Assembly (NCBI GenBank): GCA_049840735.1 | Contig: JASGJN010000020.1 | Coordinates: 192,001 to 256,000 of the forward strand | Source: Anaeromyxobacter sp. | GTDB taxonomy: Bacteria > Myxococcota > Myxococcia > Myxococcales > Anaeromyxobacteraceae | Direction of reading: 5' to 3' | Length of the DNA: 64,000 nucleotides | Shown: positions 1 to 8,380 of the stretch, in pieces | Numbering within the stretch: the first letter of the stretch is position 1 | How the letters are laid out: every line of letters starts with the position of its first letter | Program-made: the position numbers and the translations under genes | The notes under the pieces: model-generated | What the model was told of the DNA's origin: nothing | The model's database searches: none | The model's input: only the letters and a program-made list of their open reading frames with translations

Positions 1-1114
1 GCTCGCCGTCCAGCGCCACGCCGCTGGCCCCGGCGCCGCCCGTGACCGGGAAGTCGGAGGACTGGGTCCAGCCGGTCAGGTAGGCCGCGCCGGCCGCGTC
101 GATGGCGATGCCCGTGCCCTGGTCCGCGGTCCCGCCGCCCAGGTAGGTGGCGTAGACCAGCGAGTCGTCGCCGTCCTGCAGCGGATCGAGCTTGGCCACG
201 AACGCGTCCGAGCCCCCGGCCTTGTCCTCGAAGGCCCCGAGCCGCGTCGGGAAGTCGAGCGAGCCGGTCTGGCCGGTGACGTAGGCCCTCCCGGCCCCGT
301 CCACCGCCAGCCCGAGCCCGGTGTCCTGCTGGTCACCGCCGAGGAAGGTCGAGTAGACGACCACCGGGTCGATGACCAGCGGCAGGCGCCGGTCGTACCG
401 GCCCACCTCGAACCCCAGCGCCGGCTCGCCGTCCACGTCGCCGCGCAGCACGAAGCGGCTCTCCACCGGGCGGCGCCGTCCGGCCACCAGCTGGTAGGCC
501 ACGGGCGGCTGCTCGCCCAGCACGGCGGGCGGGGCCACCACCTCCAGCCCGCCGCCCCGGGACAGCCGCAGGGCGCTGGCGCCGCGGTAGGCGAGCCTGA
601 CCACCCCAGGATCGACGCCGGGCGCGAGGACCAGGTCGTACTCGAGCCGCCCGCCGGGCCGGCGGAACACCACGTCCACCCCCGGCCAGACCTGCTGGTA
701 CACCACCTCGGCGAAGGACGGCAGCCCCGTGCGCCAGGCGCCGGGGTCCCTCCCCACGAGATAGCTCACCTGCCCCGCCAGCTGGCGCCGCGCCGAGACC
801 TGCAGGGCCGGGCTGGCGGCGAGGAAGCGAAGCGCCACCGCCACGCGTCGCGCCGGCGCCGGCGCCTGGGGGCCGGCATCCTGCACGAGCACCACCTCGT
901 CGCGCGTGAAGTAGACTGCCTGCCCCGGGCCGTGGCCCAGGAAGCTCACGCGCGCGTCGGCCTGGCCGCGGTTCGGCACGAAGCGGGCCGCCACCGCCTC
1001 GGCCGGCCCGCCGGCCCGGGCCTCCTCCGCGCCCATCGCCACCGCCACGATCAGCGCCCCGCAGGCCCTGGCCAGCCGCGGCGCTCCCCTCCACCCCGCC
1101 TCGCTCTTCCGCAT
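1..1114 (-). CDS. Secreted SBBP (beta-propeller) repeat protein, 3' end outside the window
   Basis: Manual translation from ATG at 1114 gives a signal-like N-terminus, then FVPNRGQ, LEYDLVLAPG, PLVIDPVVVYSTFLGG and LAVDGAGRAYVTGQTGSLDFPT, all typical of SBBP-repeat proteins. Not in the ORF track because it runs off the edge. Confidence 0.85.
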   Translation of the reverse strand, partial: MRKSEAGWRGAPRLARACGALIVAVAMGAEEARAGGPAEAVAARFVPNRGQADARVSFLGHGPGQAVYFTRDEVVLVQDAGPQAPAPARRVAVALRFLAASPALQVSARRQLAGQVSYLVGRDPGAWRTGLPSFAEVVYQQVWPGVDVVFRRPGGRLEYDLVLAPGVDPGVVRLAYRGASALRLSRGGGLEVVAPPAVLGEQPPVAYQLVAGRRRPVESRFVLRGDVDGEPALGFEVGRYDRRLPLVIDPVVVYSTFLGGDQQDTGLGLAVDGAGRAYVTGQTGSLDFPTRLGAFEDKAGGSDAFVAKLDPLQDGDDSLVYATYLGGGTADQGTGIAIDAAGAAYLTGWTQSSDFPVTGGAGASGVALDGE

Positions 1115-1246
1115 GTGCGCCCCCGTCCCGCCTTCCTAGCGGGTCCGGCGCCCTGGGCGCATGTCACCCAGCGTGCGAGCCGGAGGAGGCAGCCGCGGGC
1201 GGGACACGGCCCGGCGGCCGAGCCCTCGCACGAGGCGGGCCGTAGC

Positions 1247-2401
1247 TCATCCGACCCGGTCCGCCGCCGGCTGCTGCTCCGCGCCGCCCATCGCCGGATC
1301 CGCCGGCGCGCCCGCCAGCAGCCGCTCGACGAAGGCTCGCATCCTGCCCAGCGCCTCGTCGTGCCCCCAGTGGCGGCGGATGTGCTCGCGGGCCGCCGCG
1401 CCCCAGGCCCGCGCCCGCTCCGGATCCTCGGCCAGCCCTGCGAGCGCCGCCCCGAGCGCGGCGGGATCGCGCGTCGGCACCACGCGCCCGCAGACCCGGT
1501 CCAGCACGATCCCGCGATTTCCGGGGACGTCGGTGACCACGGGCGGCCTGCCGACGCACATGGCCTCGAGCAGGCTCTTGGTGAGCGACTCCCCGTGGCT
1601 GGATGACAGCACGTACCCGTCGCACGCAGCCATGATCTCCAGCGCGTCCGGGCGCGGCCCCAGGACGTGGAGCCGATCCGCCATGGGGCTCTCCCGCAGG
1701 AGGCGGCTGAGCCCGGGGTCGTCCAGGCCCTGGCCCATGAGCACGAGCCGGAGCGGCGAGCCTGGCGGGACGTGCCAGGTGGCCCGCAGCAGCGTAGGCA
1801 GGTCCTTCATCCGCCTCACGTTGGCGGCGAAGGCGACGTTGAAGCCGCCGGGCGGGATCCCCAGCGCGCGCAGGTCGGCCGGCCGCGTCCCGTCGTACCA
1901 GGCCACGTCGTGTCCCTTGGAGAGGGCCACCGCCCGCTGACCGCGCCCGGGGAGGTTGGCGCGCAGGGTGTCGCGCACCGAGGCGGCGTTGCACCAGTAG
2001 GCGTCGATCCGGGGGTGGAGGAGCTTCAGGTAGGCGCCGGGATCCCACCAGCGGACGTTGCCGTCGAACCCGCGGTACGCGACCACCTTCACCGGCAGCC
2101 CCAGCGCCGCCCAGGGCCCGGCGCGGAGGGAGCGGCCGGAGCACAGGAAGAGGAGCTGGTGCCCGCCGCGGACCAGCTCTGCGCGGATGCGGCGGACCTC
2201 CGCGAGGCTGGCCCGCTTCCTCGGGACCCACTCGACCACCTCGATCCCGTGCGCACGCAGCCGGGGCAGGTACGGGCTGCCCGGTCTGCACATCATGGTG
2301 ACCCGGTACCCGGCAGCGCGGAGCCCGATGAAGAGCTCGGTCTCGGGGCGGGAGGAGACGATGGTGCTGCACTCGGAGATGACCAGGATAGAGGCGGTCA
2401 T
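1247..2401 (-). CDS. Glycosyltransferase family 4 (GT-B)
   Basis: C-terminal ESLTKSLLEAMCVGRPPVVTDVPG matches the GT4 E-x7-E region. Adjacent to a sugar epimerase. Confidence 0.85.
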   Translation of the reverse strand: MTASILVISECSTIVSSRPETELFIGLRAAGYRVTMMCRPGSPYLPRLRAHGIEVVEWVPRKRASLAEVRRIRAELVRGGHQLLFLCSGRSLRAGPWAALGLPVKVVAYRGFDGNVRWWDPGAYLKLLHPRIDAYWCNAASVRDTLRANLPGRGQRAVALSKGHDVAWYDGTRPADLRALGIPPGGFNVAFAANVRRMKDLPTLLRATWHVPPGSPLRLVLMGQGLDDPGLSRLLRESPMADRLHVLGPRPDALEIMAACDGYVLSSSHGESLTKSLLEAMCVGRPPVVTDVPGNRGIVLDRVCGRVVPTRDPAALGAALAGLAEDPERARAWGAAAREHIRRHWGHDEALGRMRAFVERLLAGAPADPAMGGAEQQPAADRVG

Positions 2402-2409
2402 GGCGGGGC

Positions 2410-3420
2410 TCAGGCGGAGAGCGCGATGGGGCCGGGCGCCGCCGCGGCGGCGCCGTCGTACGCCGCCAGCCAGCGGGCCAGCCGCCCCAGGCCGACGTCC
2501 AGCGTCGTGCCCGGCGAGAAGCCGGTGACCGCCTCCACCTGGCGGGTGTCGGCCCAGGTGGCAGGGACGTCGCCGGGCTGCATGGGCAGCAGCCGCAGCA
2601 CCGCCTTGCGCCCGAGGTGCCGCTCCAGCGTGGCGACGAACTCGGTCAGGGTGACCGGCGAGCTGTTGCCGACGTTGAGCACCCGCCAGGGCGCCGCGCC
2701 GTCGGCCTGCGGCGGGCGCCGGAGGACGCGGGTGATCACCTCCACCACGTCGTCCACGTAGGTGAAGTCGCGGCGCATCTCGCCGTGGTTGAAGAGCGCG
2801 ATCGGCTCGCCGCGGAGGATGGCGCGCCCGAACAGGATGGGCGCCATGTCCGGCCGCCCCCAGGGCCCGTAGACGGTGAAGAAGCGGAGCCCGGTGGCGG
2901 GGAGTCCGTGGATGTGGGCGTAGGCGTGCGCCATGAGCTCGTTGGCCCGCTTGGTGGCGGCGTAGTAGCTGACGGGCCGATCCGCGGCCTGCTCCTCGGA
3001 GAAGGGCACCTCCGCGCTGGCCCCGTAGACCGAGCTGGAGGAGGCGTAGACCAGGTGCCGCACGCGGCGGCGCGCGCAGGCCTCCAGCACGTTCTGGAAG
3101 CCCACCAGGTTGGTGCGCGTGTAGGCGGCGGGGTGCTGGATCGAGTACCGGACCCCGGCCTGGGCCGCCAGGTGGACGACCTGCTCCGGACGGGCTGCGT
3201 CGAGCACCGCCTCCACCGTCGCGGCCTCGGCGACGTCACCGCGCGTGAACGTGAAGCCTGGCTCCCGCCGCAGCAGCTCGAGCCGCGCCTCCTTGAGCGC
3301 CACCTCGTAGTACGGATCGAGGTTGTCGAGGCCGGTCACCGCGTGCCCCTCCCTGAGGAGCCGGAGCGCGGTGTGGAAGCCGATGAAGCCGGCGCAGCCG
3401 GTGACGACGGTGCTGGGCAT
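2410..3420 (-). CDS. NAD-dependent nucleotide-sugar epimerase (UDP-glucuronate 4-epimerase-like)
   Basis: VTGCAGFIG, HLAAQAGVRYS, YAATK and FFTVYGPWGRPDMA motifs. Start placed at MPSTVV (3420). Confidence 0.92.
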   Translation of the reverse strand: MPSTVVTGCAGFIGFHTALRLLREGHAVTGLDNLDPYYEVALKEARLELLRREPGFTFTRGDVAEAATVEAVLDAARPEQVVHLAAQAGVRYSIQHPAAYTRTNLVGFQNVLEACARRRVRHLVYASSSSVYGASAEVPFSEEQAADRPVSYYAATKRANELMAHAYAHIHGLPATGLRFFTVYGPWGRPDMAPILFGRAILRGEPIALFNHGEMRRDFTYVDDVVEVITRVLRRPPQADGAAPWRVLNVGNSSPVTLTEFVATLERHLGRKAVLRLLPMQPGDVPATWADTRQVEAVTGFSPGTTLDVGLGRLARWLAAYDGAAAAAPGPIALSA

Positions 3421-3496
3421 CCCGCCGCCCTGGTGCATCGAGCGCGCCAGGCGCGCGCCCCGCGCACATCCGTCGATCGCGAGGGCCGGCCGGGTT

Positions 3497-3550
3497 CGGA
3501 CTGTCGTCTCGCCGACAGTCCGGCACCGCGAGCTGCCCGATTCCCGACAG
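3497..3550. promoter_or_regulatory. Tandem palindromic sites, candidate enhancer (UAS) for a sigma54 activator
   Basis: Perfect 10-bp inverted repeat CGGACTGTCG-N6-CGACAGTCCG at 3497-3522. Degenerate second copy CTGCCC-N6-CGACAG at 3533-3550, 32 bp downstream. Confidence 0.55.
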
Positions 3551-3591
3551 CGCGCCAGGCCAAGCGGCCGCGGCCGCGGCGTGCGGGCCGG

Positions 3592-3607
3592 TGGCACGCG
3601 CCATGAA
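3592..3607 (+). promoter_or_regulatory. Candidate sigma54 (-24/-12) promoter
   Basis: TGGCACGCGCCATGAA has a perfect -24 TGGCACG, but GA replaces GC at -12. It lies just upstream of the 3623 ATG. Confidence 0.45.
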
Positions 3608-3622
3608 CTGCCCGACGGGTCC

Positions 3623-4528
3623 ATGATCAACCGGCCCGCACCCGCTGCCCCGCCGCGCTCGCCCGAGGAGGCCCTCCGGGCCTACGCCGAGGTCCTGGCG
3701 CCCACCGCGATCGACGCCGCCCACCTCGACCGCGTGAGGGCCACGGTCGAGCGCGCCTGCCGCGGCTTCGGGGTGACCGCGGTCGAGCCGGCGGGGAGCA
3801 GGGTGCGCGGCACGGCCATCCGCGCGGCCGAGCCGCTCGACCTGCTGGTGATCGCGCCGCGCGGGGACGGGTGGGGCGAGTGCTCACGCGCCGCCATCGC
3901 CGGGCTCGCCGCGGCTGCGGCGGAGACCATGGGCGTGAACACCTGGGACGAGCGGCTCGGCGCGTTCGTCGAGCTGGAGCCGGGCCCTGGGCTGCAGCTC
4001 ATCCCGGCTGCCGGTCGCCCCTCGACGAGCGCAGCGCGACCCGAGCCTCCCGCCGCGTTCGAGGTGCGCCTCCCCGACGGACGCGGGGGCTGGACCGACG
4101 CCACCCCGCGGGCCCACGACCTCCACCTGGCAGCGGTGGCGAGCGGCAGCCCCACCCACCTCATGACCGTGCGGATCCTGCGCGCCTGGCGGGCGCTGCG
4201 GCCGGCGGTCGAGGGCCTCTCGGCCTTCGCCATGGAGCTGGCCCTCGCGGCGTGCGGCGGTGTAGGCCAGGCAGGCCGGCTGACGGAGGCCGTGCAGGCG
4301 GCCCTCGAGGCGCTCGCCGCCCGGCTGGGCGGTGGTCAGGGGGTGCGCGATCCGCTGGGGCTCCTCCCGCCCATCCAGCTCGCCTCCCCGGACGGCCGCG
4401 CGCGGCTCGCCCTCGAGGTCGAGCGGGCGCAGCGGCTGGCGGCCCTGGCCGCGCGCGCGGAGGCCGAGGGTGACCTGGAGGAGGCGCGCCTCCTCTGGGC
4501 GCTGGCCATCGGATACGCGGAACAATGA
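3623..4528 (+). CDS. cGAS/DncV-like (SMODS-type) nucleotidyltransferase-fold protein with degenerate catalytic acids
   Basis: GSRVRGTAIRAAEPLDLLV, LQLIPA, LPDGRGGWTDATPRAH, VRILRAW, SAFAMEL, DP and A..AE..G...A...W...G occur in the order seen in SMODS/CD-NTases. The DxD reads PLD and the third acid reads Q. Confidence 0.7.
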   Translation: MINRPAPAAPPRSPEEALRAYAEVLAPTAIDAAHLDRVRATVERACRGFGVTAVEPAGSRVRGTAIRAAEPLDLLVIAPRGDGWGECSRAAIAGLAAAAAETMGVNTWDERLGAFVELEPGPGLQLIPAAGRPSTSAARPEPPAAFEVRLPDGRGGWTDATPRAHDLHLAAVASGSPTHLMTVRILRAWRALRPAVEGLSAFAMELALAACGGVGQAGRLTEAVQAALEALAARLGGGQGVRDPLGLLPPIQLASPDGRARLALEVERAQRLAALAARAEAEGDLEEARLLWALAIGYAEQ

Positions 4529-4654
4529 CCCGGCGCGCTGGCCTCCCTCCCCGCCATCCAGGGATGGCTTCCGGGGAGCTGCCCCGGCATCATCGGTGCC
4601 CGATGAAGGACTGCAATCAGAATCCCAACCCCCGACCTCCAGAGCGCCGTGGCG

Positions 4655-5947
4655 ATGCTGGACCGGCTGTCGCCGGATCGGTGGCAGCGCGCCCTCGCCG
4701 CCACCGTCAACCAGCGCTGGGCGCGCAGCCGGCTCCTGCTCTTCGCCGCGCTGTACGCGGCCTGGGGCGCGCTCTGCCTGACCTTGTGGCGCGTCGGCTA
4801 CCCGCCCTGGCGCGTGGCCGTGCTCGGCGCGGCGCTGGTGTCCCTCGTGCTGCTCCACCTGCGCGGGCTCTGGGCCGACGAGCCCACGGCCTACCAGCGC
4901 GACGATCGGCGCTCGCTCTTCGCCGCGCTGGTCGCGATCTGCGCCACCGGCGGGCTCGACAGCCCGCTGCTCCTGGCCATCACCGGGATGTTCTCCAGCT
5001 ACCTCATGCGCCAGGGGCTCACGCGGGAGGTCCGGATCGCGTTCGGCACCCTCTTCGCGCTGGCGGTCGGCCTGGCGCTGATCCCGGAGGCCTGGATGGC
5101 CCCGCCCATGCCCGCGCCGATCCACCGGATCACCACCCTGGTCGTGCTGCTCTCCAGCCTGGTGCTCAACGCCGACTACATGGTGCTGATGATGCGGACC
5201 GGCAGCGACGCCCTCCGCGCGCTGGTCCGGAGCCGGAGCGAGCGCGCCAGCGAGGCGCTGGAGCGGGCGGCGCAGCTGGAGCGGATGTCCTCGCGCCTGT
5301 CCCACGAGCTCAAGAACCCCCTCAGCGCCATCAAGGCGCTGGTCCAGCTCTCCGTGGCCGCCGAGCGGGATCCGGACAACCGCCTCCGGCTCGAGGTGGT
5401 CGCCGGGGAGGTGGACCGGATGCAGGGGATCATCCAGGGCTACCTCTCGTTCTCCCGCCCGCTGGACGCGCTCCAGCTCTCGGCGCTGGAGCTGGCGCCG
5501 CTGGTGGACGAGGTGGTGGCCATCCTGGAGGGCCGGGCGGAGGCCGCCCAGGTGGCGCTCCGCAGGCGCGGCGACGGCGCGACGCGCGGCGATCCCCGCC
5601 ACCTCAAGGTGGCGCTCATCAACCTGGTCGCGAACGCCATCGAGGCGTCGCCGCCGGGCACCACGGTGGAGCTCGGCATCGACCGCCTCGGGGACGCGCT
5701 CCAGCTGACGATCCGGGACCAGGGGCGCGGGATGACGCCGGAGGTGCTGGAGCGGGTGGGCATCCCCTTCTTCACCACCCGGGAGGCCGGCACCGGGCTG
5801 GGCGTGAGCATCGCGCGGGCGGCCATCGAGGCGCACGGCGGCCGGCTGTCCTACGAGAGCGGAGCGGAGCGCGGCACGGTCGCGACCGTGACGCTCCCTC
5901 ACCGGACCGGGGAGGCGGATCATGGCGCGCGTGCTGCTGGTCGATGA
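4655..5947 (+). CDS. Membrane-bound sensor histidine kinase
   Basis: Several TM segments with TGGLDSP, H-box SHELKNPL, N-box NLVANAIEA, DQGRGM, and FFTT..GTGLG. Confidence 0.93.
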   Translation: MLDRLSPDRWQRALAATVNQRWARSRLLLFAALYAAWGALCLTLWRVGYPPWRVAVLGAALVSLVLLHLRGLWADEPTAYQRDDRRSLFAALVAICATGGLDSPLLLAITGMFSSYLMRQGLTREVRIAFGTLFALAVGLALIPEAWMAPPMPAPIHRITTLVVLLSSLVLNADYMVLMMRTGSDALRALVRSRSERASEALERAAQLERMSSRLSHELKNPLSAIKALVQLSVAAERDPDNRLRLEVVAGEVDRMQGIIQGYLSFSRPLDALQLSALELAPLVDEVVAILEGRAEAAQVALRRRGDGATRGDPRHLKVALINLVANAIEASPPGTTVELGIDRLGDALQLTIRDQGRGMTPEVLERVGIPFFTTREAGTGLGVSIARAAIEAHGGRLSYESGAERGTVATVTLPHRTGEADHGARAAGR

Positions 5948-7283
5948 CGAGTCGGCGGTCCTCTTCGCCATGAAGGAGGTGGTCCGGGCGGCCGGGAACG
6001 AGCCGGTGCTGGCGCGCTCGGCCGCGGAGGCGCTCCAGCAGCTCGAGGGCGTGGACGCCGTGGTGACGGACTTCGCCATGCCCGGGGTGGACGGCCTGGC
6101 CCTCCTGCAGGCCATCCGCGAGCGCGATCCGTCGCTGCCGGTGATCCTGCTCACGGCGCAGGGCTCGGAGCGGCTGGCGGTGCGCGCCATGAAGGCGGGG
6201 GCCCACGAGTACGTCACCAAGCCCTTCGACGTGGAGGAGATGTCGCTCGTCATCGAGCGCGCGCTGGAGGCCCGCGGCCTCAGGCTCCGCAACCAGCGGC
6301 TCGAGACGGAGAAGGCCCTCGGCAAGGCCTTCGTGGCGGACGCGCCCCCCATGCGCCGCCTGCTGCGCGAGATCGGGCAGGTGGCGCCGCGCGACGTCAC
6401 GGTGCTGGTTCGCGGGGAGACCGGCACCGGCAAGGAGCTGGTCGCCTCGATGCTCCACGCCCAGAGCCGGCGCGCCGCGGGGCCGCTCGTCCGCTTCAAC
6501 TGCGCCGCGATCCCGGCGGAGCTGGCGGAGGCAGAGCTGTTCGGCCACGCGCGGGGCGCCTTCACCGGCGCCACCCAGGCGCGGCGGGGCTTCTTCGCCG
6601 AGGCGCACGGCGGCACCATCGTGCTGGACGAGGTGGGTGAGCTCCCGGCGGCGCTCCAGCCGAAGCTCCTCCGCGTGCTGCAGGAGGGCGAGCTCCAGCC
6701 GGTCGGCTCGGGCCGGATCGAGCGGGTGGACGTGCGCGTGGTCGCCTCCACCAACCGCGACCTCGAGGCCGACGCCCGCGCAGGCCGGTTCAGGGAGGAC
6801 CTCTATTACCGGCTGGCCGTGCTGGAGCTCGTCGTCCCGCCGCTGCGCGACCGCCGGGAGGACATCCCCGCCCTCGCGACCGAGTTCGCGCGACGCTGGG
6901 CGGAGCGGTTCAGCCTGGAGAACGTCCGCCTCTCCCCTGCCCTCCTCGCCCGGCTGGGCGCCGCAGACTGGCCCGGCAACGTCCGGCAGCTGGAGAGCGC
7001 CGTCGCCCGCCTGGTGGTGCTGGGAGGCGGTGGCGAGCTCGGCCCCGAGGCCTTCCAGGGCACCGGGAGGCCGGCCACGGCGCCGGCCGCGGACGAGCCG
7101 GAAGAGGGCGCAGTCCCCGAGGGCGGGCCTTCGCTCCGCGAGCAGCTCGAGGCGCTCGAGCGCAGCCTGATCGTGAGGGCCATGGCCGCGGCGAGCGGCA
7201 ACCAGTCGGAGGCCGCGCGCAGGCTGGGCATCGGGAGGACGCCGCTCATCGATCGGCTGAAGAAGTATGGCCTGTCCTCCTAG
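5922..7283 (+). CDS. Sigma54-dependent response regulator (NtrC family)
   Basis: Receiver domain, [38 protein letters not shown] and a C-terminal Fis-type HTH. Confidence 0.96.
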   Translation: MARVLLVDDESAVLFAMKEVVRAAGNEPVLARSAAEALQQLEGVDAVVTDFAMPGVDGLALLQAIRERDPSLPVILLTAQGSERLAVRAMKAGAHEYVTKPFDVEEMSLVIERALEARGLRLRNQRLETEKALGKAFVADAPPMRRLLREIGQVAPRDVTVLVRGETGTGKELVASMLHAQSRRAAGPLVRFNCAAIPAELAEAELFGHARGAFTGATQARRGFFAEAHGGTIVLDEVGELPAALQPKLLRVLQEGELQPVGSGRIERVDVRVVASTNRDLEADARAGRFREDLYYRLAVLELVVPPLRDRREDIPALATEFARRWAERFSLENVRLSPALLARLGAADWPGNVRQLESAVARLVVLGGGGELGPEAFQGTGRPATAPAADEPEEGAVPEGGPSLREQLEALERSLIVRAMAAASGNQSEAARRLGIGRTPLIDRLKKYGLSS

Positions 7284-8352
7284 GCCCTCCCGCAGCGCGA
7301 ACCTGGGCTCCTCGCCACCCTCCCCGCCTCCAGCGGGCCGCCGCCCATCGGCGGCGCTGGCCCTGGCCCTGGGGGCGGTCCTGGCCCTGGCCGGCTGCGA
7401 AGCCCACCTGCCAGCGCCCAACGAGCCCTCGGCGTTCCTGGAGCGGTCCACCGCCTTCGTGTCCTCCGACCGCGCGCAGGCGTTCGAGGTCGATCCGGCG
7501 CTGCACCTGCTGCTCTGGAACGACCTCGCCGACCTGGCCGCAGCCGGGCAGGACGGCGTCGCGACCGTCGGCTCCGTCTCGGTCCTCGGGCAGTTCCGCC
7601 TGCTGTCCGGGGAGTCCACCCCGCTGCGGATTCCCACCTACGAGCCCCGGGTCAAGCTCCAGGTCTTCGACCGGCTCAGCGTCGCGCGCACGCCCGACGA
7701 GCCGCCGGAGGTGGTCCTGGCCGCGCTCGAGCTGTTCCTGGGACACCGCTCGAACGGCCAGGACGCCTGCGCGCTCGCGAACCACGAGCGCATCGGGGGC
7801 TCCGACTTCGCCTGCGTCCCCACCACCGACCCGCCCGACACCGCGCTCGACACCCGCAGCGGGAGCTTCACCACCAACTATGTCGGCCTGGGCGCCGGCG
7901 GGCAGTGGATCGGTCCTCGCGCGGCGGGCGGGCTCCCGTCCTTCCTGGCCGCGCTCCACGCCAGCAGCGAGTGGAACCTGGGCTGCGACCTGGGGGCCTG
8001 CATGTCCAACCGGCTGCGCCGGCGCTATGGCGCAGCGCTGCTCCGCTGGTCGGTGGAGGGTGAGCTCCCGGCCCTCGGTCGCCTGCCGCTCCCCGGGGTG
8101 GGCGTGGACCTCGGGCTGCGCGCCGGCGTGTCCGGGGTGATGCACGCGGCCGCGGCCGAGCACGAGCCCTTCGGCGAGGTGAGCCTGGAGGTGGCGGTGG
8201 CGGGGCGCCCCCGACGCAGCGGGCTGACCACGGCCCTCTTCCTCAGGCGGCACCAGGGGAGCGACCCCCTCAACATCCGGTTCGAGGAGCGGCTGGACGT
8301 CTGGATCGTGGGCTTCAGCTTCGAGCCGGCCACCTTCCGGGCGACGCGCTGA
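7267..8352 (+). CDS. Putative lipoprotein resembling outer-membrane phospholipase A (OMPLA/PldA-like)
   Basis: Lipobox LAGC. STPLRIPTYEP and GHRSNGQ resemble PldA SPFRETNYEP and HxSNG. Amphipathic beta-strand C-terminus. Start uncertain. Confidence 0.55.
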   Translation: MACPPRPSRSANLGSSPPSPPPAGRRPSAALALALGAVLALAGCEAHLPAPNEPSAFLERSTAFVSSDRAQAFEVDPALHLLLWNDLADLAAAGQDGVATVGSVSVLGQFRLLSGESTPLRIPTYEPRVKLQVFDRLSVARTPDEPPEVVLAALELFLGHRSNGQDACALANHERIGGSDFACVPTTDPPDTALDTRSGSFTTNYVGLGAGGQWIGPRAAGGLPSFLAALHASSEWNLGCDLGACMSNRLRRRYGAALLRWSVEGELPALGRLPLPGVGVDLGLRAGVSGVMHAAAAEHEPFGEVSLEVAVAGRPRRSGLTTALFLRRHQGSDPLNIRFEERLDVWIVGFSFEPATFRATR

Positions 8353-8380
8353 GCCCGTGGCGCGCCGCGTGGCACGCCGC

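Noticed and set aside
3623..4528. Intact CBASS anti-phage operon
   Set aside because: The catalytic acids are substituted and there is no recognisable Cap effector or Cap2/Cap3 gene adjacent. Kept only as a divergent CD-NTase-like finding.
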